Assembly: GCA_036946195.1 (NCBI GenBank)
Contig: JAQIJQ010000005.1
Coordinates: forward strand, 41,456 to 105,455
Direction: 5' to 3'
Length of the DNA stretch: 64,000 nucleotides
From: Patulibacter minatonensis
GTDB taxonomy: Bacteria > Actinomycetota > Thermoleophilia > Solirubrobacterales > Solirubrobacteraceae
Part shown: positions 1 through 9,900 of the stretch, piece after piece
Position numbering within the stretch: position 1 is the stretch's first letter
How the letters are laid out: each line of letters begins with the position of its first letter
The notes under the pieces: model-generated
What the model saw: only the letters and a program-made list of their open reading frames with translations
The model's database searches: none
What the model was told of the DNA's origin: nothing
Translations under genes and position numbers: made by a program

Positions 1-69
1 ACCCGAGCGGGAACGCGCCACGCACGGGGGCGACGGTCACATCGCAGGCCGTGCGGTCAGATACAGGGT

Positions 70-642
70 GTGACCGGCTCCGGCGACGACGCGCAGCGCT
101 TCGAGGCGCTCTACCGCGCGCACTACCCTGCGGTGGCCCCGGTTCGTCGTCCGCCGCACCACGCCCGAGGCCGCCGAGGAGGCGCTCGCCGAGATCTTCG
201 CGATCACCTGGCGGCGCCTCTCCGACGTGCCCGCCGATCCGCTGCCGTGGCTCTACGTGACGGCGCGCCACGTGCTCCTCGGCGAGCAGCGCACCCTGGC
301 GCGCGGCCGGGAGAAGGCCGGTCGCGCAGCCCTCGAGCGCGTCGACCGCCCGCGCGATCCGGCCGAGACGCTCGCCGAGCGCGACGTGGCGCTCCGCGCG
401 CTCCTCGGCCTCACCGAAGCCGACCGCGAGGCCCTGCGGCTGACGGCCTGGGACGGCCTCGACCACCGCGCGGCCGCCCGTGTCCTCGGCATCTCGCGCG
501 TCGCGTTCACGATGCGGGTGTCGCGGGCGCGCCGCCGCCTCGCCGCCGCGCTCGTCGTGCTCGACGCCGACCCCGTCGTCGCCAGCCTGCGCCCACCCGA
601 TCCCGTCCGCCGCCCAGGCCGCCGTGGGAGGCACGCCGATGA
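70..642 (+). pseudogene. ECF-type sigma-70 factor with a broken reading frame as given
   Basis: Frame 1 from GTG 70 gives 'DDAQRFEALYRAHYPAV'. The protein-like continuation 'RFVVRRTTPEAAEEALAEIFAITWRRLSDVPADPLPWLYVTARHVLLGEQR...GLTEADREALRLTAWDGLDHRAAARVLGISRVAFTMRVSRARRRLAAAL' (regions 2 and 4 with HTH) is in frame 2. The switch is at the CCCC run 137-140. The region-4 frame has no stop until 2590. The TGA at 640-642 is in frame 1. The 3' end is uncertain. Confidence 0.6.
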
Positions 643-1715
643 CCCGCCACGCCGAGGCGCTGCGCCCGACTGCGCGCCGCCGATCCCGCTGCCACGGTGC
701 CGGCCGACCCGCGCGAGGACCTGCTCCGGGCCACGCTCGCGCTGCCGCAGGACGCGCCGAGCAGCCGTCCGCATGCCGCTCGCACCCCGCGGACCGGCCG
801 CGCGCTGCGGCTCGCACTCATCGTCGCGTCGGTGCTGGCGCTGGTGGGCGGGGCCCTCGGCGCCGCGCTCACGGTGCACGGCGAGCACCCGCTCGACCTC
901 GCCGCCCAGGCCTACGCCCAGACGAGCTCGAGCGACGACGCGATCGTGTACTCGCTCGTCACGTCGACCTCGCGCACCGAGCCCTCGACGGACGCGCCGC
1001 ACGCCGCCCAGGACGGCCAGCTCGAGGAATGGCAACCGCGGCAAGGAGTCGCACCAGATCGAGACCCTGGGGGGTTCGATGGGCGCGGAGCGGATCGTCT
1101 CGGGCGGTGAGATGCGCATGCGGCTCACGAACGGCGCCTACCCGCATCATCCGTGCTCCCGACAACGAGGACTCGGCGCACGTGATCGAGGACGGCGAGC
1201 TCGGATTCGTCGCCACCTTCCGGCGCGCGTACGAGAAACGGCCAGCTCACACCCGGCGACGACGCCGAGTTCAACGGGCGCCCGGCGCGCGAGTACGTCG
1301 CCGACCTCGAGCGCTTCATGCCCGACGGTCGCCCGCTCTCGGCCCGAGGAGCAGCGGCACCAGCCGCCGCCCTCCACCGTGCTGACCTACTTCATCGGAC
1401 CGCCAGACCGGCGAGCCGCTGGGACGGACCTCCGTGACCACGATGAGCATCCACGACGGGTACGTGACCGTCGGTCCCGGCGAGCACACCCACACGAGCA
1501 CGTACGTGCAGACGGTGCGCAAGCTCGAGCGCCTGCCCGTCACGCCGGCGAACCTCGCCAAGCTCCACGACTTCACGTTCCCTCGGCGCCGCGACGGCAA
1601 CGGCTGTCTCACGGGCGCCTCGCGTGGCCGCACGGACGCCCCGCGCGCCGACTGCGGCGGCCGGCCGCACGCCGTGGCCACCGACCAGGAGCTCCGCGCC
1701 GCCGGCCTCCGATAG
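639..1715 (+). pseudogene. Single-pass membrane protein in the anti-sigma position downstream of the ECF sigma, readable only through about 6 successive +1 frame changes
   Basis: ATG 639 lies 7 nt after GGGAGG. Protein-like segments sit in successive frames: 'ADPREDLLRATLALPQD...LRLALIVASVLALVGGALGAAL' (TM helix), 'GKESHQIETLGGSMGAERIVSGGEMRMRLTNGAY', 'RIIRAPDNEDSAHVIEDGELGFVATFRRAYE', 'GQLTPGDDAEFNGRPAREYVADLERFMPDGRPLS', 'EEQRHQPPPSTVLTYFIGP', 'QTGEPLGRTSVTTMSIHDGYVTVGPGEHTHTSTYVQTVRKLERLPVTPANLAKL'. Stop at 1713-1715. Function unknown. Confidence 0.5.
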
Positions 1716-1755
1716 CCCGCCACCGGCAGGCCCGCCGAACGAATTCCCGCGCGTG

Positions 1756-1782
1756 TGTCACAGCACGGCGGGCTGCCTCGTC
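1756..1782 (+). promoter_or_regulatory. ECF41-type promoter, TGTCACA-N16-CGTC
   Basis: TGTCACA at 1756-1762, an exactly 16-nt spacer, then CGTC at 1779-1782. It lies about 60 nt upstream of ATG 1842 of the oxidoreductase gene that precedes the ECF41-like sigma. This matches the promoter motif described for group ECF41. Confidence 0.6.
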
Positions 1783-1841
1783 GGTGTGGTGTGCGGCCGC
1801 AGCGGGCGGCCGCAGACACCGCTCAGGCAGGGAGAACAGCC

Positions 1842-2603
1842 ATGAAGATCGTCGTCATCGGTGGCACCGGCACCGTCGGCTCGAAGATCGTCGCGCACCT
1901 GGAGGCGCTCGGCCACGAAGCGCTCGCGGCCTCGCCCGGCACGGGTGTCGACACCATCACGGGCGCGGGCCTCGCCCAGGCGCTCGCCGGCGCCGACGCG
2001 GTGGTCGACGCCGCGAACGCCCCCGTGTGGACCGACGACGAGGTGCTCGCGTTCTTCACCACCTCCACGGGGAACGCCCTTGCCGCCGCAGCCACCGCGG
2101 GCGTACGGCACTACGTGCTCGTGTCGATCGTCGGCTCGGGCGCGCTGACCGACTCGGGGTACCTGCGCGCGAAGGTCGCCCAGGAGGAGCTCATCGCCAA
2201 CGGTCCGCTGCCCTGGTCGATCGTGCACGTCACCCAGTTCTTCGAGTTCGCCGGTATGATGGGCTCGATCGGCGCCGAGGCCGGCGAGGCGCGGGTGCCC
2301 GACACGCTCGTCCAGCCGATCGCCGCCGACGATGCCGGCCGCGCGATCGCCGAGACGGCAGCCGGCACCCCGGTCGGCGCCGTCGAGGTCGCCGGGCCCG
2401 AGCCGATGGCGTACGCCGCGTTCATCACCGCGGCGCTCGAGGCCGCAGGCGACGAGCGCCCCGTCATCGTCGATTCCACCCTCGACTACTTCGGCGCGAA
2501 CCCCGGCGAGCGGCACCTCATCCCGGCCGAGGGCAGCAGCCCGCACCTCGGCACGCAGCGCGTCGCCGACTGGCTGGCGGCCGCGGCTAGCGTGCGCAGC
2601 TGA
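1842..2603 (+). CDS. NmrA-like / NAD(P)-binding SDR-superfamily oxidoreductase (the COE-type neighbour of the ECF41 sigma)
   Basis: ATG 1842 preceded by GGAGAA. Rossmann N-terminus 'MKIVVIGGTGTVGSKIV'. In frame with track ORF 1755..2603. Confidence 0.8.
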   Translation: MKIVVIGGTGTVGSKIVAHLEALGHEALAASPGTGVDTITGAGLAQALAGADAVVDAANAPVWTDDEVLAFFTTSTGNALAAAATAGVRHYVLVSIVGSGALTDSGYLRAKVAQEELIANGPLPWSIVHVTQFFEFAGMMGSIGAEAGEARVPDTLVQPIAADDAGRAIAETAAGTPVGAVEVAGPEPMAYAAFITAALEAAGDERPVIVDSTLDYFGANPGERHLIPAEGSSPHLGTQRVADWLAAAASVRS

Positions 2604-2632
2604 GGCGCCCGCCACGGCCGCCCCGCACCCTG

Positions 2633-3535
2633 ATGCTCGATCACAGCCAGCCCGATCTCGACGGCCCGCGGCGCATCGCCGTCGCCATCGGCTACCGAAT
2701 GCTCGGCACCCTCGACGACGCGGAGGACATCGCCCAGGAGGCGATCAGCCGCCTCGCCAACGAGGTGCCGCCACCGAACAATCCGGAGGCGTGGGTGACG
2801 ACCGTCGCGACGCGCCTCTCGATCGACGTGCTCCGCTCGGCGCGTGTGCGGCGCGAGACCTACGTCGGCCCGTGGCTGCCCGAGCCGCTGCTCGAGGATC
2901 CACTCCCGGGGCCGGCCGACCAGGCGGAGCTCGCCGACACGCTCTCCGCCGCTCTGCTCGTCGCCCTCGAACGCCTCACGCCCGTGGAACGCGCGGCGTT
3001 CCTGCTGCGTGAGGTGTTCGACTACGACTACGCGCAGATCGCGCCCGTCATCGACCGCACCGAGGCGAACTCCCGGCAGCTCGTCACGCGCGCCAGGAAG
3101 CACCTCGAGGCGGGCCGCCCGCGGTTCGATCCCGACGCGAAGGCCCGCGACCGGCTCTTCACCGAGTTCCTCGCCGCGATCCAGGAGGGCGACCTGCAGG
3201 GCCTCGAATCGATGCTCGCCGACGACGTGACGCTCCATGCCGACGGCGGCGGCAAGGTGTTCGCGGCGCTGCGCCCCGTCCACGGACTGGCCGACGTGGC
3301 GCGGTTCCTCGTGCACACGGCCCGGTACGGCGCGAAGCTCGCGAAGACGCCGCTCCAGGCCGAGGTCCGGCACCTGAACGGTCAGCCGGGTCAGATCCTG
3401 CGCGAGCTGGGCGGCGAGCCGTTCCTCACCCTGTCGGTCGACGTGACGGACGGCCGGATCAGCGGCGTCTGGGTGGTGCGGAACCCCGACAAGCTCCGGC
3501 GCCTGCGCCGCGAAGACGGAGACGCCGCCGACTAG
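2633..3535 (+). CDS. ECF sigma factor of the ECF41 / SigJ type with a fused SnoaL-like C-terminal domain
   Basis: 300 aa. Region 2 'AIGYRMLGTLDDAEDIAQEA', region 4 'LTPVERAAFLLREVFDYDYAQIAPVIDRTEANSRQLVTRARKHL', followed by a C-terminal extension of about 130 aa ('FLAAIQEGDLQGLESMLADDVTLHADGGGK...'). No anti-sigma gene follows. Confidence 0.85.
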   Translation: MLDHSQPDLDGPRRIAVAIGYRMLGTLDDAEDIAQEAISRLANEVPPPNNPEAWVTTVATRLSIDVLRSARVRRETYVGPWLPEPLLEDPLPGPADQAELADTLSAALLVALERLTPVERAAFLLREVFDYDYAQIAPVIDRTEANSRQLVTRARKHLEAGRPRFDPDAKARDRLFTEFLAAIQEGDLQGLESMLADDVTLHADGGGKVFAALRPVHGLADVARFLVHTARYGAKLAKTPLQAEVRHLNGQPGQILRELGGEPFLTLSVDVTDGRISGVWVVRNPDKLRRLRREDGDAAD

Positions 3536-6500
3536 GCGACGCGGCGGATGCTGCCGGGCGTCTCGAACTCCGGCACGTCGGCCGCGGGCAGCGGCCGGCT
3601 GAAGTGGAAGCCCTGCCCGAGCGCGCAGTCCATCGCGGCGAGCACCGACACCTGACCGCGCTCCTCGATGCCCTCGGCGACGACCGTGAGGCCGAGCCCT
3701 CGGGCCATGGCGATGATCGCGTCGACGAGCGCGCGGCCACGGCCACCGTCCTCGATGTCGTCGATGAACGACTTGTCGATCTTCAGGACGTCGACGGCGA
3801 AGCGGTGGAGGTAGTTCAGCGACGAGTAGCCGGTGCCGAAGTCGTCGATCGCAAGGCGCACGCCGAGCTGGCGAAGCGCCTCGAGGCGGGCGACGGAGGC
3901 GTCGGTGTCGTTGATCAGCGAGCTCTCGGTCACCTCGAGCAGCAGCTGGTGCGGCGCGAGCCCGGAGGCGGCGAGCGCGGCCTGCACCTGGCTCAGGTGC
4001 TCGGGGCGCTCGAGCTGCTGCCCGGCGACGTTCACGGAGATGTAGCGCTCGTCGCTCCACCCCTCCTGCCACTCGGCCAACTGGCGGGTCGCCTCGCGGA
4101 GGACCCAGTCGCCGAGTTCGACGATCAGGCCCGACTGCTCGGCGACCGGGATGAACTCGCCCGGCGACACCATGCCGCGTTCGGGGTGCGACCATCGCAC
4201 GAGCGCCTCGTACCCGACCACGCGCCGGCTGCGGATCTCCACGATCGGCTGGTAGTGCAGGAAGAACTCCTCGCGCTGGAGCGCGACGACCATCTCGGCG
4301 CGCAGGGCGAGACGCTGCGTGACCGCCTCGTGCATGTGCGGCGCGAACACGACGGCGCTGTTGCCCTCCTCGCGCTTGGCCTCGTACATCGCGAGCTCTG
4401 CGTCGCGGAACATCGAACGCGCCTGCTCGGCGGCATCGTCGGTGCAGCGGCCGTCGCCCAACGCGATGCCGACCGACGCGCGCACGAGGTGCTCGGCCGA
4501 CTCGGTGCGGATCGGCAGGTCGAGGGCGCCGAGCAGCTCGAGGGCGCGTGCGCGTGCGTCGTGCTCCGACCCGACGTTCTCCACGAGCAGGGCGAACCCG
4601 TCGCCACCGACGCGCGCGAGCGCCTCGTGCTCGCGAACCTGGCCGCCGAAGCGTGCCGCGACGGCCTTGAGCAGCTGATCGCCCTCGGGGTGCCCGAACG
4701 CGTCGTTCATCGCGCGGAAGTCGTCGAGGTCGAGCATCACGAGCGCGTGCACCGGCGCGTGCTGACCTGCGTGCGCGAACAGCTGGGTGAGGCGGTCGGT
4801 CACGAGCGCGCGGTTCGCGAGGCCCGTCAGCGGGTCGTGCAGCGCCTGGTGCTCCAGGGCAGCTTCGAGACGGCGACGTTCGGTCACGTCGCGGACGGAC
4901 AGCACGATGCCGCCGATGCGCGGGTCGCCCGTGTGGTCGACCGCCGACACCTCGGCGTAGCGCTGTGCGCCGTCCGGGCCGGTGACCGTCCACTCGAGCG
5001 TGGCGCCCTCGCCGGCACGGCCCGCGATCCCGGCCAGGGCGGCGTGGGTCTCCGCCGACTGCCGCTCGTCGAGGAAGGCATCGAGCCGCAGCCCGTCGTG
5101 CTCGCGATCCGGCAGGTCGAACATGCGGGCCACCTGGTCTGCGTGTGCGAGCACGCGCGTCTCCGGGTCGACCACGGTGAGGAGGTCGGTGGAGGCGCCG
5201 AGGAGGGCGCGCATCCGGTCCTCGCTCTCACGGACCGCCCGCGACCGCTCCTGCGCGGATTCCGCGAGTCGGCTCACGACGCCGAACCGCAGCATGAGCA
5301 CCCAGAGCGACGAGAGGGCGAGGGCGAGCACGACCACCGAGATCACGCGGCTGTGGCGGGCGGAGGACTCGGCGGCGCTGCGGTAGCGGATCGAGGTGGC
5401 CTGCACCGCTGCGAGCAGATCGTTGCGAGCCGGCATCACCGCGAGCAGCGCGGTGCGCAGCGCACGCGACCCGTTCGAGCGCTGCAGCACATCGAACTCC
5501 CGGCTGGCGATCGCGTCGTAGCGCTCGGAGAGCGCGAGGATGCGCGGCTCCTCCGGGATGTCGAGAGCGGTGGTGGCGGTGCGGATCGCGAGCTGCGCGC
5601 CGACCAGCCGGGGCATGAGCTCGAGGGCCTCGTCGCGCTGGACCGTGAGCGTCCAGGCGATGAGCGAGTCGCTGCGCTCGACCTGCGTCTTGAGCTGTTC
5701 GAGGCGCACGGCGGCGGCCTCCTGATGGCGGCCGCCGGCGTTGGCGGACGTGATCGCGTACGCGACGGCGACGGTCAGGATGGCGGTCGCCGACAGGATC
5801 GCGACCCCCTGCCAGGCGGTGCTCGAGCGACGGGCGAGGAGCCGCAGCCGCACGATCGTGAGCACGGCGATGACGGCGAGCGGGACGAAGATCTGCGCCG
5901 CGTCGAGCTCCGAGCCGTCGACGTAGGCCTTCGCGACGACGCCGAGCGGCAGCGCGACGCTGAGCGCGAGGATCCACGCCCGCTTGGAGCGCTGCACGCT
6001 GACGGGCACGGCGCCGCGCGCGAGTTCGCTGCTGCCGGTCGGGCGGAGCGCGCACGCACCCCAGAGCACGTATGCCGCGATCCAGCCGAGATCGACGAGG
6101 CTCGGCTGCGTGTACGTGCCGGAGAGCGTCTGGAGGTTGAAGACCGTGTCGGATGCGAGCACGAGGGCGATGCCGAGCATGAAGGCGACGGTGGCCCGGG
6201 GCCAGGCGCCGTCGCCCAGGACGAACCGCACGGCGCAGGCCAGGAGGAGCAGGTCCATCAGCGGATAGGTCAGCGCGACCGCCGCTCCGAGCGGCGCGAG
6301 CCCGGCGGACTGCAGCGTCGGGGCGATCCAGAAGACGTTCAGCGGCACCGAGGCGGCGACGGCGACGAGGAGGCCGTCGATCCACGAGAGCAGATCGCGG
6401 CGGGCGCTGCGCATCCGCGCCGCGAGGGCCACCGAGGCGATGTAGAACGGGTAGCCCAGGAGGAAGAACGCGTCGACGAGCGTGGGGCCGTCGGCGCCGA

Positions 6501-6747
6501 TGGCCACGCCGAGGTCGAGGAACACCTCGCCGATGGACCAGCTCGCGAGGCCGGCGGCGAACAGTGCCCACGGCAGGCGGCGCGGCGCGCGCTCGCGGCG
6601 CGCCCGGTCGGCGCACGCGAGGCAGGCGAGACCGAGGGTGACCACGTAGACCGCCTCCGTCTGACCGGCGGTGAGCGTGATCGTGATCGGGAGCAGCGCG
6701 AGTCCGAGCGCAGCGTAGATCCGAGAGGCGAACGACATCTCTCTCAC
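3532..6747 (-). CDS. Membrane sensor with PAS, GGDEF (degenerate, GGDGF) and EAL domains; predicted c-di-GMP phosphodiesterase
   Basis: 1071 aa. Multi-TM N-terminal half. 'ARVGGDGFALLV' replaces GGDEF. EAL set is intact: 'YEALVRW', 'VNVAG', 'LLLEVTES', 'IDDFGTGYSSL', 'KIDKSF', 'VVAEGIE', 'GQGFHFSRP'. Confidence 0.9.
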   Translation of the reverse strand: MREMSFASRIYAALGLALLPITITLTAGQTEAVYVVTLGLACLACADRARRERAPRRLPWALFAAGLASWSIGEVFLDLGVAIGADGPTLVDAFFLLGYPFYIASVALAARMRSARRDLLSWIDGLLVAVAASVPLNVFWIAPTLQSAGLAPLGAAVALTYPLMDLLLLACAVRFVLGDGAWPRATVAFMLGIALVLASDTVFNLQTLSGTYTQPSLVDLGWIAAYVLWGACALRPTGSSELARGAVPVSVQRSKRAWILALSVALPLGVVAKAYVDGSELDAAQIFVPLAVIAVLTIVRLRLLARRSSTAWQGVAILSATAILTVAVAYAITSANAGGRHQEAAAVRLEQLKTQVERSDSLIAWTLTVQRDEALELMPRLVGAQLAIRTATTALDIPEEPRILALSERYDAIASREFDVLQRSNGSRALRTALLAVMPARNDLLAAVQATSIRYRSAAESSARHSRVISVVVLALALSSLWVLMLRFGVVSRLAESAQERSRAVRESEDRMRALLGASTDLLTVVDPETRVLAHADQVARMFDLPDREHDGLRLDAFLDERQSAETHAALAGIAGRAGEGATLEWTVTGPDGAQRYAEVSAVDHTGDPRIGGIVLSVRDVTERRRLEAALEHQALHDPLTGLANRALVTDRLTQLFAHAGQHAPVHALVMLDLDDFRAMNDAFGHPEGDQLLKAVAARFGGQVREHEALARVGGDGFALLVENVGSEHDARARALELLGALDLPIRTESAEHLVRASVGIALGDGRCTDDAAEQARSMFRDAELAMYEAKREEGNSAVVFAPHMHEAVTQRLALRAEMVVALQREEFFLHYQPIVEIRSRRVVGYEALVRWSHPERGMVSPGEFIPVAEQSGLIVELGDWVLREATRQLAEWQEGWSDERYISVNVAGQQLERPEHLSQVQAALAASGLAPHQLLLEVTESSLINDTDASVARLEALRQLGVRLAIDDFGTGYSSLNYLHRFAVDVLKIDKSFIDDIEDGGRGRALVDAIIAMARGLGLTVVAEGIEERGQVSVLAAMDCALGQGFHFSRPLPAADVPEFETPGSIRRVA

Positions 6748-6932
6748 CTATCGGCACCCCAACTGGTTGTTCCAGCAGTTCGGACCGTTGCGGACGAAGT
6801 CCATCCGACCGGAGCAGCGGCGGCAGGTCGGACGGCCCCGGCCGTTCGGCCCAGTTTCGTGCCGAGCGTCACGCAAGACCGTAGTTCCCCGCAGTCTTGG
6901 GTCTGAAGCGGGGTGCCGTGCCCCGTGCTGCG

Positions 6933-9900
6933 TTACCGCTCGGCGGCCGGGCAGGCGAGCCGGAAGTCGCACCAGCCGCAGGCCTTCGCGCTCGGCGTCG
7001 GCTCGAAGCGTTCGGCCTCGATGGCGGCACCGACCTGCTCGACGGTGTCGCTCACCCAGCCGGCGTCGACCCCGGCGGGCAGCTGCACCTTGTGGTCGTC
7101 GAGCACGTAGTAGTAGGAGCGCAGCGTCGGCTCGATGCGCCAGGCGTCGCGGGCCGCGAGGTCGTAGAGGGCGAGCTGCACGTCGCGCTCGAGGTCGGCG
7201 GCATCGCGCGGCGGGCCCGTCTTCACGTCGATCAGCTCGTAGCCGCCATCGGGGAGGCGGTCCACCCGGTCGACTCGGCCACGCAGCGCGTGCCGGCCGA
7301 CGCGGAAGTCGAACGGGCGCTCCACCCACACCGGCTCGCCGGCCTCGAGCGAGAGTCGCGCGTGGTACTCGCGCAGCGCCTGCTCTGCGCGGCCGCGGAA
7401 CTGCAGTTGGGTCTCGTCGTGGCCGAGTCCGCCGGTGCGCCAGGCGGTGTCGAGCAGCGCGATGAGCTTCGGCAGGGCGCCGCCGCCGGCCGCGTGGAAG
7501 CGCTCGATCGCCTGGTGGACCGCGATGCCGAAGCGCTGCTGCACCGTCTGCGGACGCGGCACCTTCAGCACGCGACCGAACTTGTACTGCAGTGGGCAGG
7601 CGAGGTAGGTGGAGATGTCGGTGGCGCTGAGCGCGATGCCTTCCCCACGACGCGGCAGGAACGCGGCCATCGACGGCTCGGTCGCGGCCTCGGACGCGAT
7701 CCGCTCGCCGGCCAGGAGGCGGGCGTCGAGGTCGCTCGTCGCGAGGAGCTCGCGCTGCATCGGGCTGGCGACCATGCCGAGCTGGTGGTTCACCCGGTCG
7801 ATCGCCTCGCCGAGCGGCGCGGCCTCCGTGTCGCGCCCCAGCAGCGCGGCGACCTTGATGAGCTCGAGCACACGGACGACGGCGTTCGTGAGGTCGACAT
7901 CGCCGTCGAGACGCAGATCGTCGATACCGGCCGCCGCGCGGGAGATGTCGTGGCTGAGGAGGTCGCGGAGCGCCGTGGCGGCCTCGAGGAGCTGCTCCTC
8001 CTCGCGTACGGGCGAGCCGCCGGCGCTCACGTCGAGCCCGAGTGCCGTCGCGAGCTCGCCCAGGAGCGGGCTCGCATCGTCGGCGTCGCCCACGGTCGAC
8101 ACCACGATGCGGTCGCGGGCGCGCGTCATCGCGAGGTAGAGCAGGCGTCGAGCGCGGTCGAGCGGGGCAGCGTCGCGGTCACCGAGGATCGGCTCGTCGG
8201 GCTCGTGGTCGAGCACCTCGACGGCGCCGCGCTCCAGGCCGACGAGGTGGAGCTCGTCGACGTCGAGACCGCGGAGCTCGTCGACGCGCACGCCGACGAT
8301 CCGCACGGCCGGCGGCGCCACGCTCGCCGCATCGCCGGGTGCCTGACGCTCCTCCGGGAGTGCGCCCGCGTCGAGCAGCTCGGCCACGCCGGCGAACACC
8401 TCGCGCGGCGAGGCGTCCGGTTCGCGGGCCACGTGTCCGGCGGCCACGACCTCGACGCGGCGCAGCGCGCGCTGAGCTGCGCGGGCTTCGGGGCCGGTGC
8501 TGGCGATGTGGCGGCGGTGCAGACCGAGCGCGGCGACGAGGTCGCGCAACAGGACGGTCGCGTCGCCGGCATCCACGCGCGGGGCGAAGCGGTCGAAGTG
8601 CGCGAGGTACTCCTGCGCGCGCTCACGGGAGCGCGGTTCCAGCCCCGGGCCTTCGAGGGCGCCCCGCACCGCCTCGGTCAGCGGCACCTTGCGGCGCCGT
8701 CCCACCTGCACGATGCGCGCGAGGTCGGCGCCGGGGAGGCCGATCGGGGGGCGGGTCAGGGCACGCACCGTCGCGCCGTTGTCGGCCGGGTCCAGCAGGA
8801 CGCGGATCCAGGCGAGGAGGTCGCGGATCTCCGGGCGGTCGGCGTCGGATTCGAGGTCGACGGCGTCGCTTGCAACGCCGCGCGCCTCGAGCGCGAGCGC
8901 GAGGGCGCGGGCGTCGCGGGCGGGATCGACGCAGGCGATCGCCACTCGCTCGGGCCGCGTCCCGGCGGCGATCGAGCCGGCGATCCAGGCCGCGACCCGG
9001 CTGGCCTGCTCCTGCGCGGCGGCGTGGCGGTGGAGCTCGACGGCGCCACCGGGCGACGCGCCGAGCGGCGGGCGCGGCAGTCGACCACTGGCGGGCGCGA
9101 CGATGGCCTCGGCGGCTCGCGCCACGGCAGCGGTGAGGCGCTGGGAGGTCTCGAGGTGCACCACCTCGGCATCGGGGATGCGCTGGAGCAGCATGCGGAT
9201 CCCGGCCGCGGCGGCCGGGCCGCTGCGCGGCGCCTGGTCGTCGTCGGCGGCGACGACGAGGTCGGCGTGCATCGCGCGGGCGCACTCCAGCAGGAGGTCG
9301 AGCTCGGCGGGGCCGCAGCTGCTGGGCGTCGTCGACGGCGATCAGATCGAGCCGGCCCGGGGCGTCGGTGCCGGCAAGGGCCCGGCGGGCGTCCAACACG
9401 GCCTGGGGCGAGGAGCGCAGGCCCCGCGCGTCGAGCATCTCGTCGTGCCGACGCACGAGATCCGCGAAGTCGCGCTGGCGGGCGGCGAACGGTCCGTCGG
9501 CGAGCGCACCGGCCCAGGCATCGATCCGGTCGGCGTCGATGCCGTGCGCGGCGAGGCGGTCGATCCGGGAGAGCAGGTCGGCGGGCGACGGTGCGCCGGC
9601 GGCCAGCTCGCGGGTCGCGACGAACTCGTGCAGCATCGCGAGCCGCTCGGAGCGGCCGACGAGCCGCGGCGGACGCGCACCCTCGGGCAGCGTGTCGCGC
9701 AGCACGAGCAGCGCGAGCGCCGGGAGGGTGAGCACGCGGGCGCCGCTCGGCACGCCGTCGCTCGCCTGGGCCTGGCCGCTCGCGCCGGCCCGGCCGCGGA
9801 GCAGGGTGGCTGCGGGCGCGGAGACGGCGATGATCAACGCCTCGCGGCCGGCCGCGCGCGCCTCTTCGGCCGCGGCGATCACGCGCGCCGTCTTGCCCGT

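Noticed and set aside
10-38. GGAAC at 10-14 as the -35 of an autoregulated ECF promoter upstream of the broken sigma gene
   Set aside because: No CGT-type -10 lies at the usual 16-17 nt spacing (CGAC at N16, GTC only at N21). The element also lies at the window edge, so the context is incomplete.
227-2590. 787-aa ORF in the track spanning the sigma gene, the downstream gene and the NmrA-like gene
   Set aside because: Only its first 110 codons or so (sigma regions 2-4) and a few internal stretches look like protein. The rest is Arg/Pro/Ala-rich read-through typical of an off-frame in GC-rich DNA. It overlaps the well-supported 1842-2603 gene out of frame.
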